Positions 37,030 to 49,060 of a stretch of 64,000 bases of DNA are shown here, piece by piece (positions within the stretch are counted from its first letter, which is position 1; every line of letters starts with the position of its first letter). Position numbers and translations under genes: made by a program. The notes under the pieces are model-generated. The model was not told the origin of the DNA. It did no database searches and was given only the letters and a program-made list of their open reading frames with translations. This DNA is from Asterias rubens (Eukaryota). The stretch lies in the NCBI RefSeq assembly GCF_902459465.1, contig NC_047067.1, positions 10,292,001 through 10,356,000 of the forward strand. Reading direction: 5' to 3'.

Positions 37030-37538
37030 GTACAAAAATCTTTTTACATTGAGATGTATGTAATCGCAAAACATTTTGCTTTGAAAACAACTTTGTAAAG
37101 TTTGTTTTATTTTTATTTGTATATTTATTTTTAATCTGAACAGATGATTGAGTACATTTAAGAATGTTCATGGTAGGACAAACGTGGAAAAAAGGAAATG
37201 GCATCAAAGATGTAAATATCTGAAACAAACAAATTATAATGAATTTTAAAACTGTTAACCGATGAAGTGTACGCACGGCCAATGAACAGCCTCCTTTTAA
37301 TCCTCATGGCGAGGGCGCCCTACGGGTGCCGTCATATGCATAAAAAGGTATACTGCCTCCATGAAGAATCGGGCCTGCCCCTCTGTACTGGATAAAAACC
37401 CAGTATGATAGAAGAGTACTGTACGCTGCAATTTAAGAAGCATTAGTTTGTGTGGAAGGAATAGTATAGGACATTATTTTATGACAACGTTTAAACCCTA
37501 ACTCTCAACCAGCTTCTGTCTTCTGACTCAAATTTCTT

Positions 37539-37713
37539 GGTCAAGTTCATACTTCCTGTGAATATGAATGCGGTACAAATTTTGACGTCACAAATTCGCA
37601 ATGAATAGTTTGCAACAGTTGAAATGTGTTCAACTCCTGCGAAACCTTGTTTGCAAAAAAACACATGTGAACTTAAAACGCGCTTCGCATTCGCAGGGAG
37701 TATGAACTGGGCT
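37539..37713. mobile_element. Second copy of the GTTCATACTTCCTG MITE
   Basis: GTTCATACTTCCTG...CAGGGAGTATGAACTGGGCT. Confidence 0.75.
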
Positions 37714-37780
37714 TTAGATTGAGGTTATGATTTAAACCAACTCAATAATGTTTTCTTCATGTATCTTGTTCAATCGTCAG

Positions 37781-37912
37781 AATGATGATCACTTAGTCTT
37801 TCCAGAGAACGCTGTGCAGAAGGATATGATTAAGATGCAGGAGAGATTAGCCAGAGAACGACTGAAACTCATGGCAAAACAAATATCCGCTTCCAGTACA
37901 TGGAATATACAG
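37781..37912 (+). CDS. NGLY1: NGLY1 exon 3
   Basis: NDDHLVFPENAVQKDMIKMQERLARERLKLMAKQISASSTWNIQ; 132 nt, phase 0/0; HLVFP is the end of the PUB domain. Confidence 0.9.
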
Positions 37913-38286
37913 GTACGGAAATAATACTCATTGGTTTACTCAGTAATGTTGGCATGTTTAACCTGTTAACTATAAAAAAGAACCACTAAGAAAAGCCCTT
38001 GTTGGACTAAAATGACTCTCTCTTAACATCAGTCTTATTATAGCCGTCATTACAGCCCATCCCCTTACCATGTCTAAAACGCCAAGGTTTCAAAATGATC
38101 AGGTCGCAAAGGGATGATCGTACCTGGTAAGGAGTACTTCTGACATGAGGTAAATATGTATTTGTACCTGGAACTTTGCAAAGGGCACCAAAGCAAAAGC
38201 ATAGGACACCATGACAATTGCTGTGGGTGCCAAGTGTCAATTCAAGGTGTACTTCCTTCTAAACCGATTTTCTTTTTTTAACACAG

Positions 38287-38449
38287 GCCTCAGAGTTGAC
38301 TTTTCATCAGCGGTTACGTAGCAGCGCTGAACATGTGCTAATCTACGAAGACCCAATCCTACAGCAGAAAGCCAGAGACTGTATGGCCCTACCGAAACTA
38401 CTACGGAAGGCTGCTGAGAGTCTTCAACAACAGGCTGCTAACACAACCG
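38287..38449 (+). CDS. NGLY1: NGLY1 exon 4
   Basis: ASELTFHQRLRSSAEHVLIYEDPILQQKARDCMALPKLLRKAAESLQQQAANTT; the HVL.YE.P.LQ.KA motif is typical of PNGase; donor G|GTAAGA. Confidence 0.93.
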
Positions 38450-38754
38450 GTAAGATATGATACTGATGATTATCATTATTATTAATGCAAGGGGAACTGA
38501 CTGGGCAAGTTTGAAATTTACAAGAGTGCAGTTCGAACAATTAACTGTAGAAAAAAACAAGAAAAATATGCCAGACAATTAACAGTGGTTCATTAAAAAT
38601 GGTTATTAAAAAAAAAGTAGAATATAGTTACACATGTATGACAACCTGACCAAACAAATTGCAATGAATTTAAAAAGGGAGGCAGAGAAAGGCTAAAACA
38701 GATCAGCTCCATATAATAAGGCACGATGTTCCCTCATTTTGCCAAAGATTAGTG

Positions 38755-39137
38755 TTAAAGGCACTGGACACTATTGGTAATTGTCAAAGACCAGTCTTCT
38801 CACTTGATGTATCTCAACATATGCATAAAATAACAAACCTGTGAAAATTTTGACTCACTCGGTAATCAAAGTTGCAAGAGAATTATGAAAGAAAAAACAC
38901 ATATGTTGCACAAGTGTTTGTCCTTTCAGATGCCAAAAGAAAACATTAAAAGACTTCAGGCCTGTAGCCTTTTAATATTTGAGTAAGAAATTACCTCTTT
39001 CTCAAAAACTACGTTACTTCAGAGGGAGCCGTTTCTAGCAATGTTTTATACTATCAACAGCTCTCCATTGCTCAATACCAAGTAAGTTTTTATGCTAATA
39101 ATTATTTGAGTAATTACCAATAATGTCCATTGCCTTC
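38755..39137 (-). mobile_element. TTAA-flanked MITE family 1, reverse
   Basis: TTAAAGGCACTGGACACTATTGGTAATTGTC...TAATTACCAATAATGTCCATTGCCTT. Confidence 0.85.
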
Positions 39138-40210
39138 GAAAAAGAGGGAGAGAAAGAGACTGAAACAGATCAGCCCCATACAATATTCCTTTATTTTGCC
39201 ACTGAGTAGTGTTAGTGCCCACGTACGATATGCAATTTACATATTTCACTGGAAAGGTCGTTCATCCCATGTTCAATGGCCCAAGGGTTATTGTAGAGTA
39301 GTTCACTTGACTCTTCATTTAAGTAGAGCAAAGGTGTACTGAAGAGAGTTAACCTCGACGAATGGCGTCATTTGATGTTTGATGTTTAAGTCATGGACCT
39401 TTTTTAGACTCTTGAGATTCGAACTAAAAGGCACACAATATTCATTAAATAAATTTCAGAAGATTTTTTTCCCCGTGTAAAAATAATAGTAATTTTGAAT
39501 TTTGTTTGGCTTCAGATCAAACTCAAAGTTTAGAATGCTTCAGACTGCACAGTGGGGCTTTTAAAACCAATGCAATTAAGAAACTTTCTGCGGATTTTGA
39601 TTCAGTTCAGTGTGCTTTGGCTGAACTTCTAAAATTAGGGTCTAGGAAAATCTTGGTGTTATCGCAGAACGGTGTAGGCTAAAAGAAGAAATTATTATTC
39701 TTTATTCACAATGCAAGGTATTACACTATCACTATTAAAATACAATGAGGATCAGGTTGGCTAAGTGGTTTCTTTCCCTGCCTTTCACCTCTGTGGACCC
39801 TGGTTCGAATCCCACCCAGGGGCCAATTTCATAGAGCTGCTTAAGCAAAAAAATTGCTTAAGCACGAAAATAGCTTGCTTATTTTACACATATGCTACTG
39901 GCCAAAATATCATGACATATACATTGCTTGTGACTGGTATTTTTGCTGTTGGATTTGTAATGAAAAAAAGCAAGAAAATCAAAAAAAAAAATAAAATATT
40001 AAAAGTGGTTGAGGTAGCCTCTGCTAAATTTTAAAACTTGCCTCTTGTCACCAGGAAATCTCAGCGGTCTAGTGGTTAGGCACTGCTCTAGAATTAGGCT
40101 AGAATGCTTGGCCATTATTTTTTAAGGAATTTCCACATTGGTCAAAACTCACCCCTGGTGTGTTTGAAACTACTTGTTCATCCACATTCTTGTCTTCTCG
40201 GATCCACAAG

Positions 40211-40445
40211 GCACAGATGACATCACAAACCCTCTGGACCAACGTGACTTACTGCTCCTTGAGCTCCTCAAATGGTTCAAGACAAGTTTCTTCAAGTGGA
40301 TGGACAGCCCGACCTGCGAGACGTGCAATATCCGTATGAGGAGCGTTGGCCTGGTAGAGCCCAATGCTGAGGACCGCCGATGGGGCGCTGGCAGGGTGGA
40401 GGGGTACACATGTACAAGGTGCAATAGACCGGAGCGATTTCCAAG
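40211..40445 (+). CDS. NGLY1: NGLY1 exon 5 (Zn-binding CxxC pairs)
   Basis: ...LLLELLKWFKTSFFKWMDSPTCETC...RVEGYTCTRCNRPERFPR. The acceptor could be 40211 or the in-frame 40217. Confidence 0.95.
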
Positions 40446-41577
40446 GTAAATAACTGGTTCACTGGTTCGTACATTTGCAGAGTGCAGAAAGATCTGTATG
40501 TGTTTAGTGCGATTGTTACATGCAACGGGATTCATTCCAAGGATGTTAGTTTTGCATTGGGGGTAAAGAATATAATTTACATAATAGAGGACCAGATTTA
40601 AACTTTTGAGTCAAACAAATTGCAAAAGTTTGTTTTATTATAGACTCTTGTTTATTGGGTAGTTAGTGATGACATATCCAAAATGGGACAAGAGTTTCAA
40701 CCCAGAAGTGACCTAGTTTGCATATTTAAATTAGGTCCTAATTATCAAACTTTAAGGTCAATTATCTCTAAAACTATCCACTTTTAGGACAAATGTTGTG
40801 TTAGTGGTGAATAGAAACCTGACCTTGGGAATCTGAAGTACATATTTGTATACTCAAAGGACCCTGTCCCAAACAATTAGGTCAAAGGTCAAGGGGTCAA
40901 ACATACGTGAAATTGGTTTTCTCCACTCAAATGCATCATTACATGACTTCCCATTACAGTGAAATTAATAATGAATGAATTATTTGGGATGAATAATTCA
41001 ACCCTGTCCCAAATGACCTCTATTGATGACATTCAATAAAATCAAAGAAATTAATAATCAAATTCATCCGATGGAATCGTGGTGCAAATGCCTTCTTTTA
41101 GTCATTTCCCAAGCGAGTAGGTGCAAATTGAACCCATTTATTTTACACGAACATCATGGTATTAATAATCCTCTGGGGCTGGATTGTTGTACATTTTCTC
41201 TGGTAGCAAGCAAAGTTTCACACTGCCCTCCCCCCCCCCCCCCCCCCCCGACCATTAGGTTGCATTTCTACATTGCTGTTCCAAACTTGGGCCTGCAAGT
41301 ATACCCTGTATGCGTGTTACTTTGAAGCATCATCAGCTGTTGAGTGTGGTCATTCGATTGCGCTACTCTTGTGACTCTTTGCCGCCATGTTAAGTGGCAA
41401 ATCAAGGTTTATTCTGACTTTGGCTGAAGATTGACTGCAAAAGGTTTGCACATTATTCTGGTTTCATGATGCTGATGTATGTGTTGATTATATGTCGGTA
41501 TGTTTGTCTCTGTGTCCATGGCAAACGTTGAAGAACAGGCGTTTGACACACTATTTGATGCGATGCCTGATAACGTC

Positions 41578-41945
41578 AGTTGTTGCCGCCCCAGATGTTG
41601 CCTCCCATGTTTCTGACCTCCCCGGTTGTTGCCACCCAAGTTGGTGCCCCGACACCCCTGTTGCTGCCTCCCTGATTGTAGCCTCCACCGCTGGTTCATG
41701 TACCTCCTCACCTGGTGCCTCCCCAGTCGTGCCTGGTGAGGCAACAACAGTGGAGGCAACAACTGGGGAGGCAAACACCTCCCCAGTTGTTGCATCCCCT
41801 GTTGATGCCTCCACTTTTGTTGCCTCCCAAGTTGTTGCCTCCCAAGTTGCTGCCTCCCATGTTGCTGCGTCCCTGGTTGTTGCCACTCGAGTTGTTGCCC
41901 CCCCCCACCCCTGTTGCTGCCTCCTTGGTTGTTGCCCCCCAGTTC
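41578..41945. repeat. Degenerate 15-bp minisatellite (GTTGTTGCCTCCCAA)
   Basis: About 24 units; accounts for the low-complexity ORFs at 41409-42140. Confidence 0.9.
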
Positions 41946-42033
41946 CTGCTCTCCCCTTTTGTCATTTAAACCAAAGAAATCATTCATTTGTAATTTCACT
42001 GTGATGGTATGCCGTGTAAAAATGCATTTGATT

Positions 42034-45000
42034 ATACATAGTTCGCACTGATCAAATATCTGCAGTAGTATCTTCTGTATCATTTGGAAGTATAAAATCA
42101 CAGAATTTTTTTTCACCCCAAATCTGAAAAATCGACCCATACCGGTGTGGCGGTTTCAACTTTCCGCTGTGTTCAGTTTTCCGAATGACCAAATACGGTA
42201 GCATTACGTCATGCGATGCCTGCGCACAGCAAGCGAAAGTAGTCCAATTTTAGTGCCGTATTGAGTCATCCGTTACCCTCCGGTAGCTAACATGGCGGCG
42301 TCCACGAGTCGAGTACAACTAGCGGCAAACGCGTGGATCGTATGAGTTGTTTTTTTACGCAAGCAGAGTGTGACCTGCCTGAAGTTGTACCCATGAATAC
42401 ATGTAAAGATGGGGCAAGAGATTATGTGACTACACAGAAAAGAATCGTAATATAAACGATGTGGGTTCACTGCTGCGAGAACTACAGTACTCGCCAGGGT
42501 ACTCGCGGAGGTATCTGACAAGTCACCCGGAAAACTGAACACGCCGGAAAGCTTAAACCGTTCGAACACGTGCTGATATGACCGACTACGTCACCCGGAA
42601 AACTGAACACGGCGGAAGACTGAAACCGCCACACCGGCATCACAGATTTTTTTGGATTTTTGACCAAAAACACAAACTCACAAAATTCTTTAAAGATCTC
42701 AAACTTTCGCTAATATACCCAGTCTGCACTGATAAAATGTCTTCAGTAGTACCTTCTGTATCTTCTGGAAGCATAAAATCAACGATTTTTTTTTACCCCA
42801 AATCTGAAAAATCGACCCATGCCGGCATCACAGATTTTTGGGGATTTTTGACCAAAAACACAGACTCACAAAATTCTTTAAAGATCTCAAACTTTTGCTA
42901 ATATACCCAGTCTGCTCTGATAAAATGTCTTCAGTAGTACCTTCTGTATCTTTTGGGAGCATAAAATCAACAAATTTTTTTTACCCCAAATCTGAAAAAT
43001 CGACCCATGCCGGCATCACAGATTTTTTGGGATTTTTGACCAAAAACACAGACTCACAAAATTCTGTACAAATCTCAAACTTTCGCTAATACATTGTATA
43101 CATAGTTCGCACTGATAAAATGTCTCCAGTAGTACCTTCTGTATCATTTGGAAGTATAAAATCAACAAATTTTTTTTTACCCCAAATCTGAAAAATCGAC
43201 CCATGCCGGCATCACAGATTTTTTTGGATTTTTGACCAAAAGCACAAACTCACAAAATTCTTAACAAATCTCAAACTTTCGCTAGTATACATAGTTCGCA
43301 CTGATAAAATGTCTTCAGTAGTATCTTCTGTTTCATTTGGAAGTATAAAATCAACAATTTTTTTTTTACCCCAAAATCTGAAAAATTTACCCATGCCGGC
43401 ATCACAGATTTTTTGGATTTTTTACCAAAAACACAAACTGACAAAATTTTGTACAAATCTCAAACTTTCGCTAATATACCCAGTCTGCACTGATAAAATG
43501 TCTTCAGTAGTAAGTTCTGTATCTTTTGAAAGCATAAAATCAATGAATTTTTTTTAAAACACAAATCTGAAAAATCGACCCATGCCGGCATCACAGATTT
43601 TTGGGGATTTTTGACCAAAAAAACAAACTCACAAAATTCTTAACAAATCTCAAACTTTCGCTAATATACATAGTTCGCACTGATAAAATGTCTTCATTAG
43701 TATCTTCTGTATCATTTGGAAGTATAAAATCAACAAATTCTTTTTTTACCCCAAATCTGAAAAATCAACCCATGCCGGCATCACATTTTTTTTTGGATTT
43801 TTGACCAAAAACACAAACTCACAAAATTCTTAACAAATCTCAAACTTTCGCAAATATACATAGTTCGCACTGATAAAATGTCTTCAGTAGTATCTTCTGT
43901 ATCATTTGGAAGTATAAAATCACCAAACTTTTTTTCACCCCAAATCTGAAAAATCAACCCATGCCGGCATCACAGATTTTTTGGGAAATTTGACCAAAAA
44001 CACAAACTCACAAAATTCTGTACAAATCTCAAACTTTCGCTAATATACATAGTTCGCACTGATAAAATGTCTTCAGTAGTATCTTCTGTATCATTTGGAC
44101 GTATAAAATCACAATTTTTTTTATTACCCCAAATCTGAAAAATCGACCCATGCCGGCATCACAGATTTTTTTGGATTTTTGACCAAAAACACAAACTTAC
44201 AAAATTCTGTACAAATCTCAAACTTTCGCTAATATACCCAGTCCACACTGATAAAATGTCTCAGTAGTATCGTCTGTATCATTGGGAAGTATAAAATCAC
44301 AGAATTGTTTTTCACCCCAAATCTGAAAAATCAACCCATGCCGGCATCACAGATTTTTGGGGATTTTTTTACCAAAAACACAAACTCACAAAATTCTTTA
44401 CAAATCTCAAACTTTCGCTAATATACATAGTTTGAACTGATAAAATGTCTTCAGTAGTATCTTCTGTATCATTTGGAAGTATAAAATCAACAAATTTATT
44501 TTTACCCCAAATCTGAAAAATCGACCCAAAAAATCGACAATAAACTCACAAAATTCTGTACAAATCTCAAACTTTCGCTAATATACCCAGTTCGCACTGA
44601 TAAAATGTCTTCAGTAGTATCTTCTGTATCATTGGGAAGTATAAAATCACAGCATTGTTTTTCACCCCAAATCTGAAAAATCGACCCATGCCGGCATCAC
44701 AGATTTTTGGGGATTTTTGACCAAAAACACAAACTCACAAAATTCTGTACAAATCTCAAATTTTCGCTAATATACCCAGTTCGCACTGATAAAATGTCTT
44801 CAGAAGCACCTTCTGTATCTTTTGAAAGCATAAAATCAATGATTTTTTTTACCCTAAATCTCAAAAATCGACCCATACCGGGATCACAGATTTGTTTGGA
44901 TTTTTGACCAAAAACACAGACTCACAAAATTCTTTAAAGATCTCAAACTTTTGCTAATATACCCAGTCTGCTCTGATAAAATGTCTTCAGTAGTACCTTC

Positions 45001-46670
45001 TGTATCTTTTGGGAGCATAAAATCAACAAATTTTTTTTACCCCAAATCTGAAAAATCGACCCATGCCGGCATCACAGATTTTTTGGGGGTTTTTGACAAA
45101 AAACACAAACTCACAAAATTCTGTACAAATCTCAAACTTTTGCTAATATACCCAGTCCGCACTGATTAAATGTCTTCAGTAGTATCTTCTGTATCATTTG
45201 GAAGCATAAAATCAACGGATTTTTGTTTTCCCCAAATCTGACAAATTGACCCATGCCGGCATCACAGATTTTTTTGGATTTTTGACCAAAAACACAAACT
45301 CACAAAATTCTTAATAAATCTCAAACTTATATACCCAGTCCGAACTGATTAATAGTCTTCAATAGTATCTTCTGTATCTTACGAAAGCATTAAATCACAA
45401 CAACAAAAATTCTCCCCAAATCTAAAAAATCGACCCATGCCGGCATCACAGATTTTTTTGGGATTTTTGACCAAAAACACAAACTCACAAAATTCTGTAC
45501 AAATCTCAAACTTTCGCTAATTTACCCAGTCCGCACTGATAAAATGTCTTCAGAAGCACCTTCTGTATCTTTTGAAAGCATAAAATCAATGATTTTTTTT
45601 ACCCTAAATCTGAAAAATCGACCCATACCGGGATCACAGATTTGTTTGGATTTTTGACCAAAAACACAGACTCACAAAATTCTTTAAAGATCTCAAACTT
45701 TTGCTAATATACCCAGTCTGCTCTGATAAAATGTCTTCAGTAGTACCTTCTGTATCTTTTGGGAGCATAAAATCAACAAATTTTTTTTACCCCAAATCTG
45801 AAAAATCGACCCATGCCGGCATCACAGATTTTTTTGGGGTTTTTGACAAAAAACACAAACTCACAAAATTCTGTACAAATCTCAAACTTTTGCTAATATA
45901 CGCAGTCCGCACTGATAAAATGTCTTCAGTAGTATCTTCTGTATCATTTGGAAGCATAAAATCAACGGATTTTTGTTTTCCCCAAATCTGACAAATTGAC
46001 CCATGCCGGCATCACAGATTTTTTTGGATTTTTGACCAAAAACACAAACTCACAAAATTCTTAATAAATCTCAAACTTATATACCCAGTCCGAACTGATT
46101 AATAGTCTTCAATAGTATCTTCTGTATCTTACGAAAGCATAAAATCACAACAACAAAAATTCTCCCCAAATCTAAAAAATCGACCCATGCCGGCATCACA
46201 GATTTTTTTGGGATTTTTGACCAAAAACACAAACTCACAAAATTCTGTACAAATCTCAAACTTTCGCTAATTTACCCAGTCCGCACTGATAAAATGTCTT
46301 CAGTAGTATCTTCTGTATCTTTTGAAAGCATAAAATCACCGAAAATTTGTTTACCCCAATTTTGAAAAATCGACCCATGCCGGCATTACAGATGTTTTTG
46401 GATTTTTGACCAAAACACACAAAATTCATCAAAATCTCAAACTTTCGCTTATATACCCAGTCTGCACTGATAACATGTCTTCAGTAGTATCTTTTGTATC
46501 TTTTGAAAGCATAAAATCACAACAACAAAAATTCTCCCGAAATCTGAAAAATCGACCCATGCTGGCATCACAGACTTTCTTTTTTTTTTGACCAAAAACG
46601 CAAACTCACAAAATTCTGAAACTTTTGCTGATTTACCCAGTCTGCACTGATACAATGTCTTCAGTAGTAT
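42034..46670. repeat. About 189-bp satellite, roughly 22 monomers, in NGLY1 intron 5
   Basis: CCCATGCCGGCATCACAGATTTT recurs at 42816, 43004, 43200, 43390, 43579 and onward; A/T-tract rich. Confidence 0.97.
42146..42633. mobile_element. Non-autonomous TIR element, TGT...ACA termini, CCGG target duplication (Ginger1-like)
   Basis: TIRs of about 38 bp (TGTGGCGGTTTCA...GTGTTCAGTTTTCC), CCGG at 42142-45 and 42634-37; interrupts a satellite monomer. Confidence 0.8.
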
Positions 46671-46683
46671 AAATTGATGTGTA

Positions 46684-47063
46684 TTAAAGGCACTGGACAC
46701 TACTGTTTATTACTCAAAATAGTCATTAGCATAAAACCTTACTTGGTACAGGTAATGGGGGAGCGGTTGGTAGTATAAAACATTGTGAGAAACGGCTCCC
46801 TCAGAAGTGGAGTAGTTTTTGAGAAAGAAGTAGTTTTCAACGAATTTGATTTCGAGACTTTAGAATTTGAGGTATCGAAATCAAGCATCTGAAAGCACAC
46901 AGCTTCGTGTGACAAGGGTGTTTTTTCTTTCATTATTGTCTCGCAACTTCGATGACCGATTGAGCTCAAATTTCCACAGGTTTGTTATTTAATGCATATG
47001 TTGAGATACACCAAGTGAGAAGACTGGTCTTTGACAATTACCAACAGTGTCCAGTGTCTTTAA
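46684..47063 (+). mobile_element. TTAA-flanked MITE family 1, full length, at the right edge of the satellite
   Basis: Both TIRs and both TTAA present. Confidence 0.88.
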
Positions 47064-47196
47064 GCAGTGTATACGTATAAAAGGTCATGGGTTCGAGTAA
47101 ATTGCCTAAGGATTTTTTTCACAGACCTCGGGAAAGTATTAAGATTTAGTCGTATGCTTTTCTAAAAACTGTTTTTATTCACTTTCCACGCCATAG

Positions 47197-47318
47197 GTAC
47201 AACCATCCAGGCAAGCTTTTAGAGACCAGGAAAGGACGATGCGGTGAATGGGCCAATTGTTTCACATTGTGCTGTCGAGCAGCTGGATTTGAGGCTAGGC
47301 ACATTGTTGACTGGACAG
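47197..47318 (+). CDS. NGLY1: NGLY1 exon 6 (catalytic Cys)
   Basis: (R)[40 protein letters not shown]; GRCGEW with the catalytic Cys codon at 47240-47242. Confidence 0.97.
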
Positions 47319-47549
47319 GTACGTGGTAATAATAATGTTGGGGTTGAACAAAGACAAGTGGTCAAATGGTTAGACCGCAGGACCTGCAATCATTGGTTTT
47401 GGGTTTAAATCATGATTTCACCTAGAAGAAGTCGTCTAGTACTGGGTTATTTTACATGCATTACACAACAAACTGGTCTCACGGCTTTATGTCCCATCTG
47501 AAGGGAGAAGCAGTAGGCCAAATGCTAATGCTCTATAAGTTTCTTGCTT

Positions 47550-47812
47550 TTAAAGACACTGGACACTGTTGGTGTATCTCAACAGATGCATAAAACAACA
47601 AAATTTTAGCTTAATTGGTCGTCGAAGTTGCGAGAGAATAATGAAAGAAAAAATGCACAAGTTGTATGCTTTCAGATGCTTGATTTCGAGACCTCAAAAT
47701 GTAATTCTGAGGTCTCAAAATCACATTTTAAAAGCTCTCCATTATTCATTACCATTAAGGTTGTATGCTAATAATTATTTTGAATAATTACCAATATTGT
47801 CCAGTGTCTTAA
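47550..47812 (-). mobile_element. TTAA-flanked MITE family 1, deleted derivative
   Basis: TTAAAGACACTGGACAC...TTACCAATATTGTCCAGTGTCTTAA. Confidence 0.8.
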
Positions 47813-47915
47813 AGGACACAGGCAACTCAAACTCAATCGATTGAAATCAATCATTTATTTGTTTGTTATTGTTGATAATTACAACTGCTGTACTTTGTAT
47901 TGACTCAAATCTCAG

Positions 47916-48061
47916 ATCACGTCTGGACAGAGGTATATTCTCAATCCCAGCAGAGATGGCTTCATTGTGATCCGTGTGAGAACGTCTGTGATAAGCCTCT
48001 ACTGTATGAACGTGGCTGGTCCAAGAAGTTGTCCTACCTGATTGCTTTCTCCAATGAAGAG
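47916..48061 (+). CDS. NGLY1: NGLY1 exon 7 (catalytic His and Asp)
   Basis: (D)[48 protein letters not shown]. Confidence 0.97.
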
Positions 48062-48139
48062 GTACAACATCCTTGCACATTATTTTGCACAGAAGTCTGG
48101 TAGTGCAAAAGATAGGGGAGGATTTGGCATGCAGTCTAA

Positions 48140-48308
48140 AGCCCGGTTCATACTTCCTGCGAATGCAAATGTGATTCAAATGTTGCCGTCATATGTTCAC
48201 AATGAATCATTCGCAGCAGTTCAGTTGTGCTCAACTCTCTTGCAAACATCACTGCGAAAACAGAGTTGTGACGTCGCAATTGTATATGCAGGAAGTATGA
48301 ACCAGGCT
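48140..48308. mobile_element. MITE with TAA target duplication (PIF/Harbinger-like)
   Basis: TAA|AGCCCGGTTCATACTTCCTGC...GCAGGAAGTATGAACCAGGCT|TAA; a second, reversed copy lies at 37539-37713. Confidence 0.8.
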
Positions 48309-48328
48309 TAAGTATGTAGACTTTCGGC

Positions 48329-48580
48329 TATAGGGCCATCGCAGATTTGAATTATTGACGAAATATGAGTAGAATCACTAACAGGCAAACAGTTGCAAAC
48401 AATACCCAAGAAAGAAGTTCATTCACATTTCAGTTTTCTCACTATTTTCCTGGCTTATAGGGCCATCGCGGATTTGAATTATTGACAAAATGTAAGTAGA
48501 AATACTTACACAAAACCAATCCCAAGCAATCCCAAAGAAAGAAATTTATTCGCATTTCAGTTTTCTCACTATTTCCTTAG
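48329..48580. repeat. Tandem duplication of about 127 bp
   Basis: TATAGGGCCATCGC.GATTTGAATTATTGAC...TTTCAGTTTTCTCACTATTT twice. Confidence 0.85.
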
Positions 48581-48949
48581 AGAACGTGAGTTGCTAAAGT
48601 ACTCTTTGTGCACGCAGTGCAGGGCCAAGTTGTATGGCTCTGCTTACGATCACCATTCTCAGCTTACTGTGCAAGTGCCAAATTTCTGTGCTACATGTAG
48701 CTGTGTAGAGCAAAGAACGTCTAGTACTTTGGAAAACGCACCAGTACAAGCAAAAATTCCCTGCTGACCTGTGAGATATTCTTGGCGTAAGTGCGGAAAT
48801 ATCCTGCTTCCGTAAGCGTTGATTCTTTGCTGATGGTAAGCAGAGCCATGATATTAGGCCCTGATGGTATCCTTCAAGTTGCATTTTAAAATTGCCCCTA
48901 GTGACCTGCCCTTGACCTTTGACGACCTCTGTCCAATTTCTGTGTCCAG

Positions 48950-49060
48950 GTTGTTGATGTGAGCTGGAGATATACAGCTAATCCGAAAGACCTCCTGGGA
49001 AGAAGGAAAGAGTGCCGAGAGGAATGGCTGATGGACATCATAACCACTATGAACAGAGAG
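48950..49060 (+). CDS. NGLY1: NGLY1 exon 8
   Basis: VVDVSWRYTANPKDLLGRRKECREEWLMDIITTMNRE; 111 nt, phase 0/0. Confidence 0.95.

Noticed and set aside
41409-42140. 243-aa Gly/Gln-rich and 170-aa Val/Ala-rich ORFs
   Set aside because: By-products of a stop-poor 15-bp minisatellite.
42578-46700. Repeated short ORFs (MSSVVPSVSFGSIKST...)
   Set aside because: Translations of the 189-bp satellite. The repeats are too long and irregular for CRISPR and have no unique spacers.
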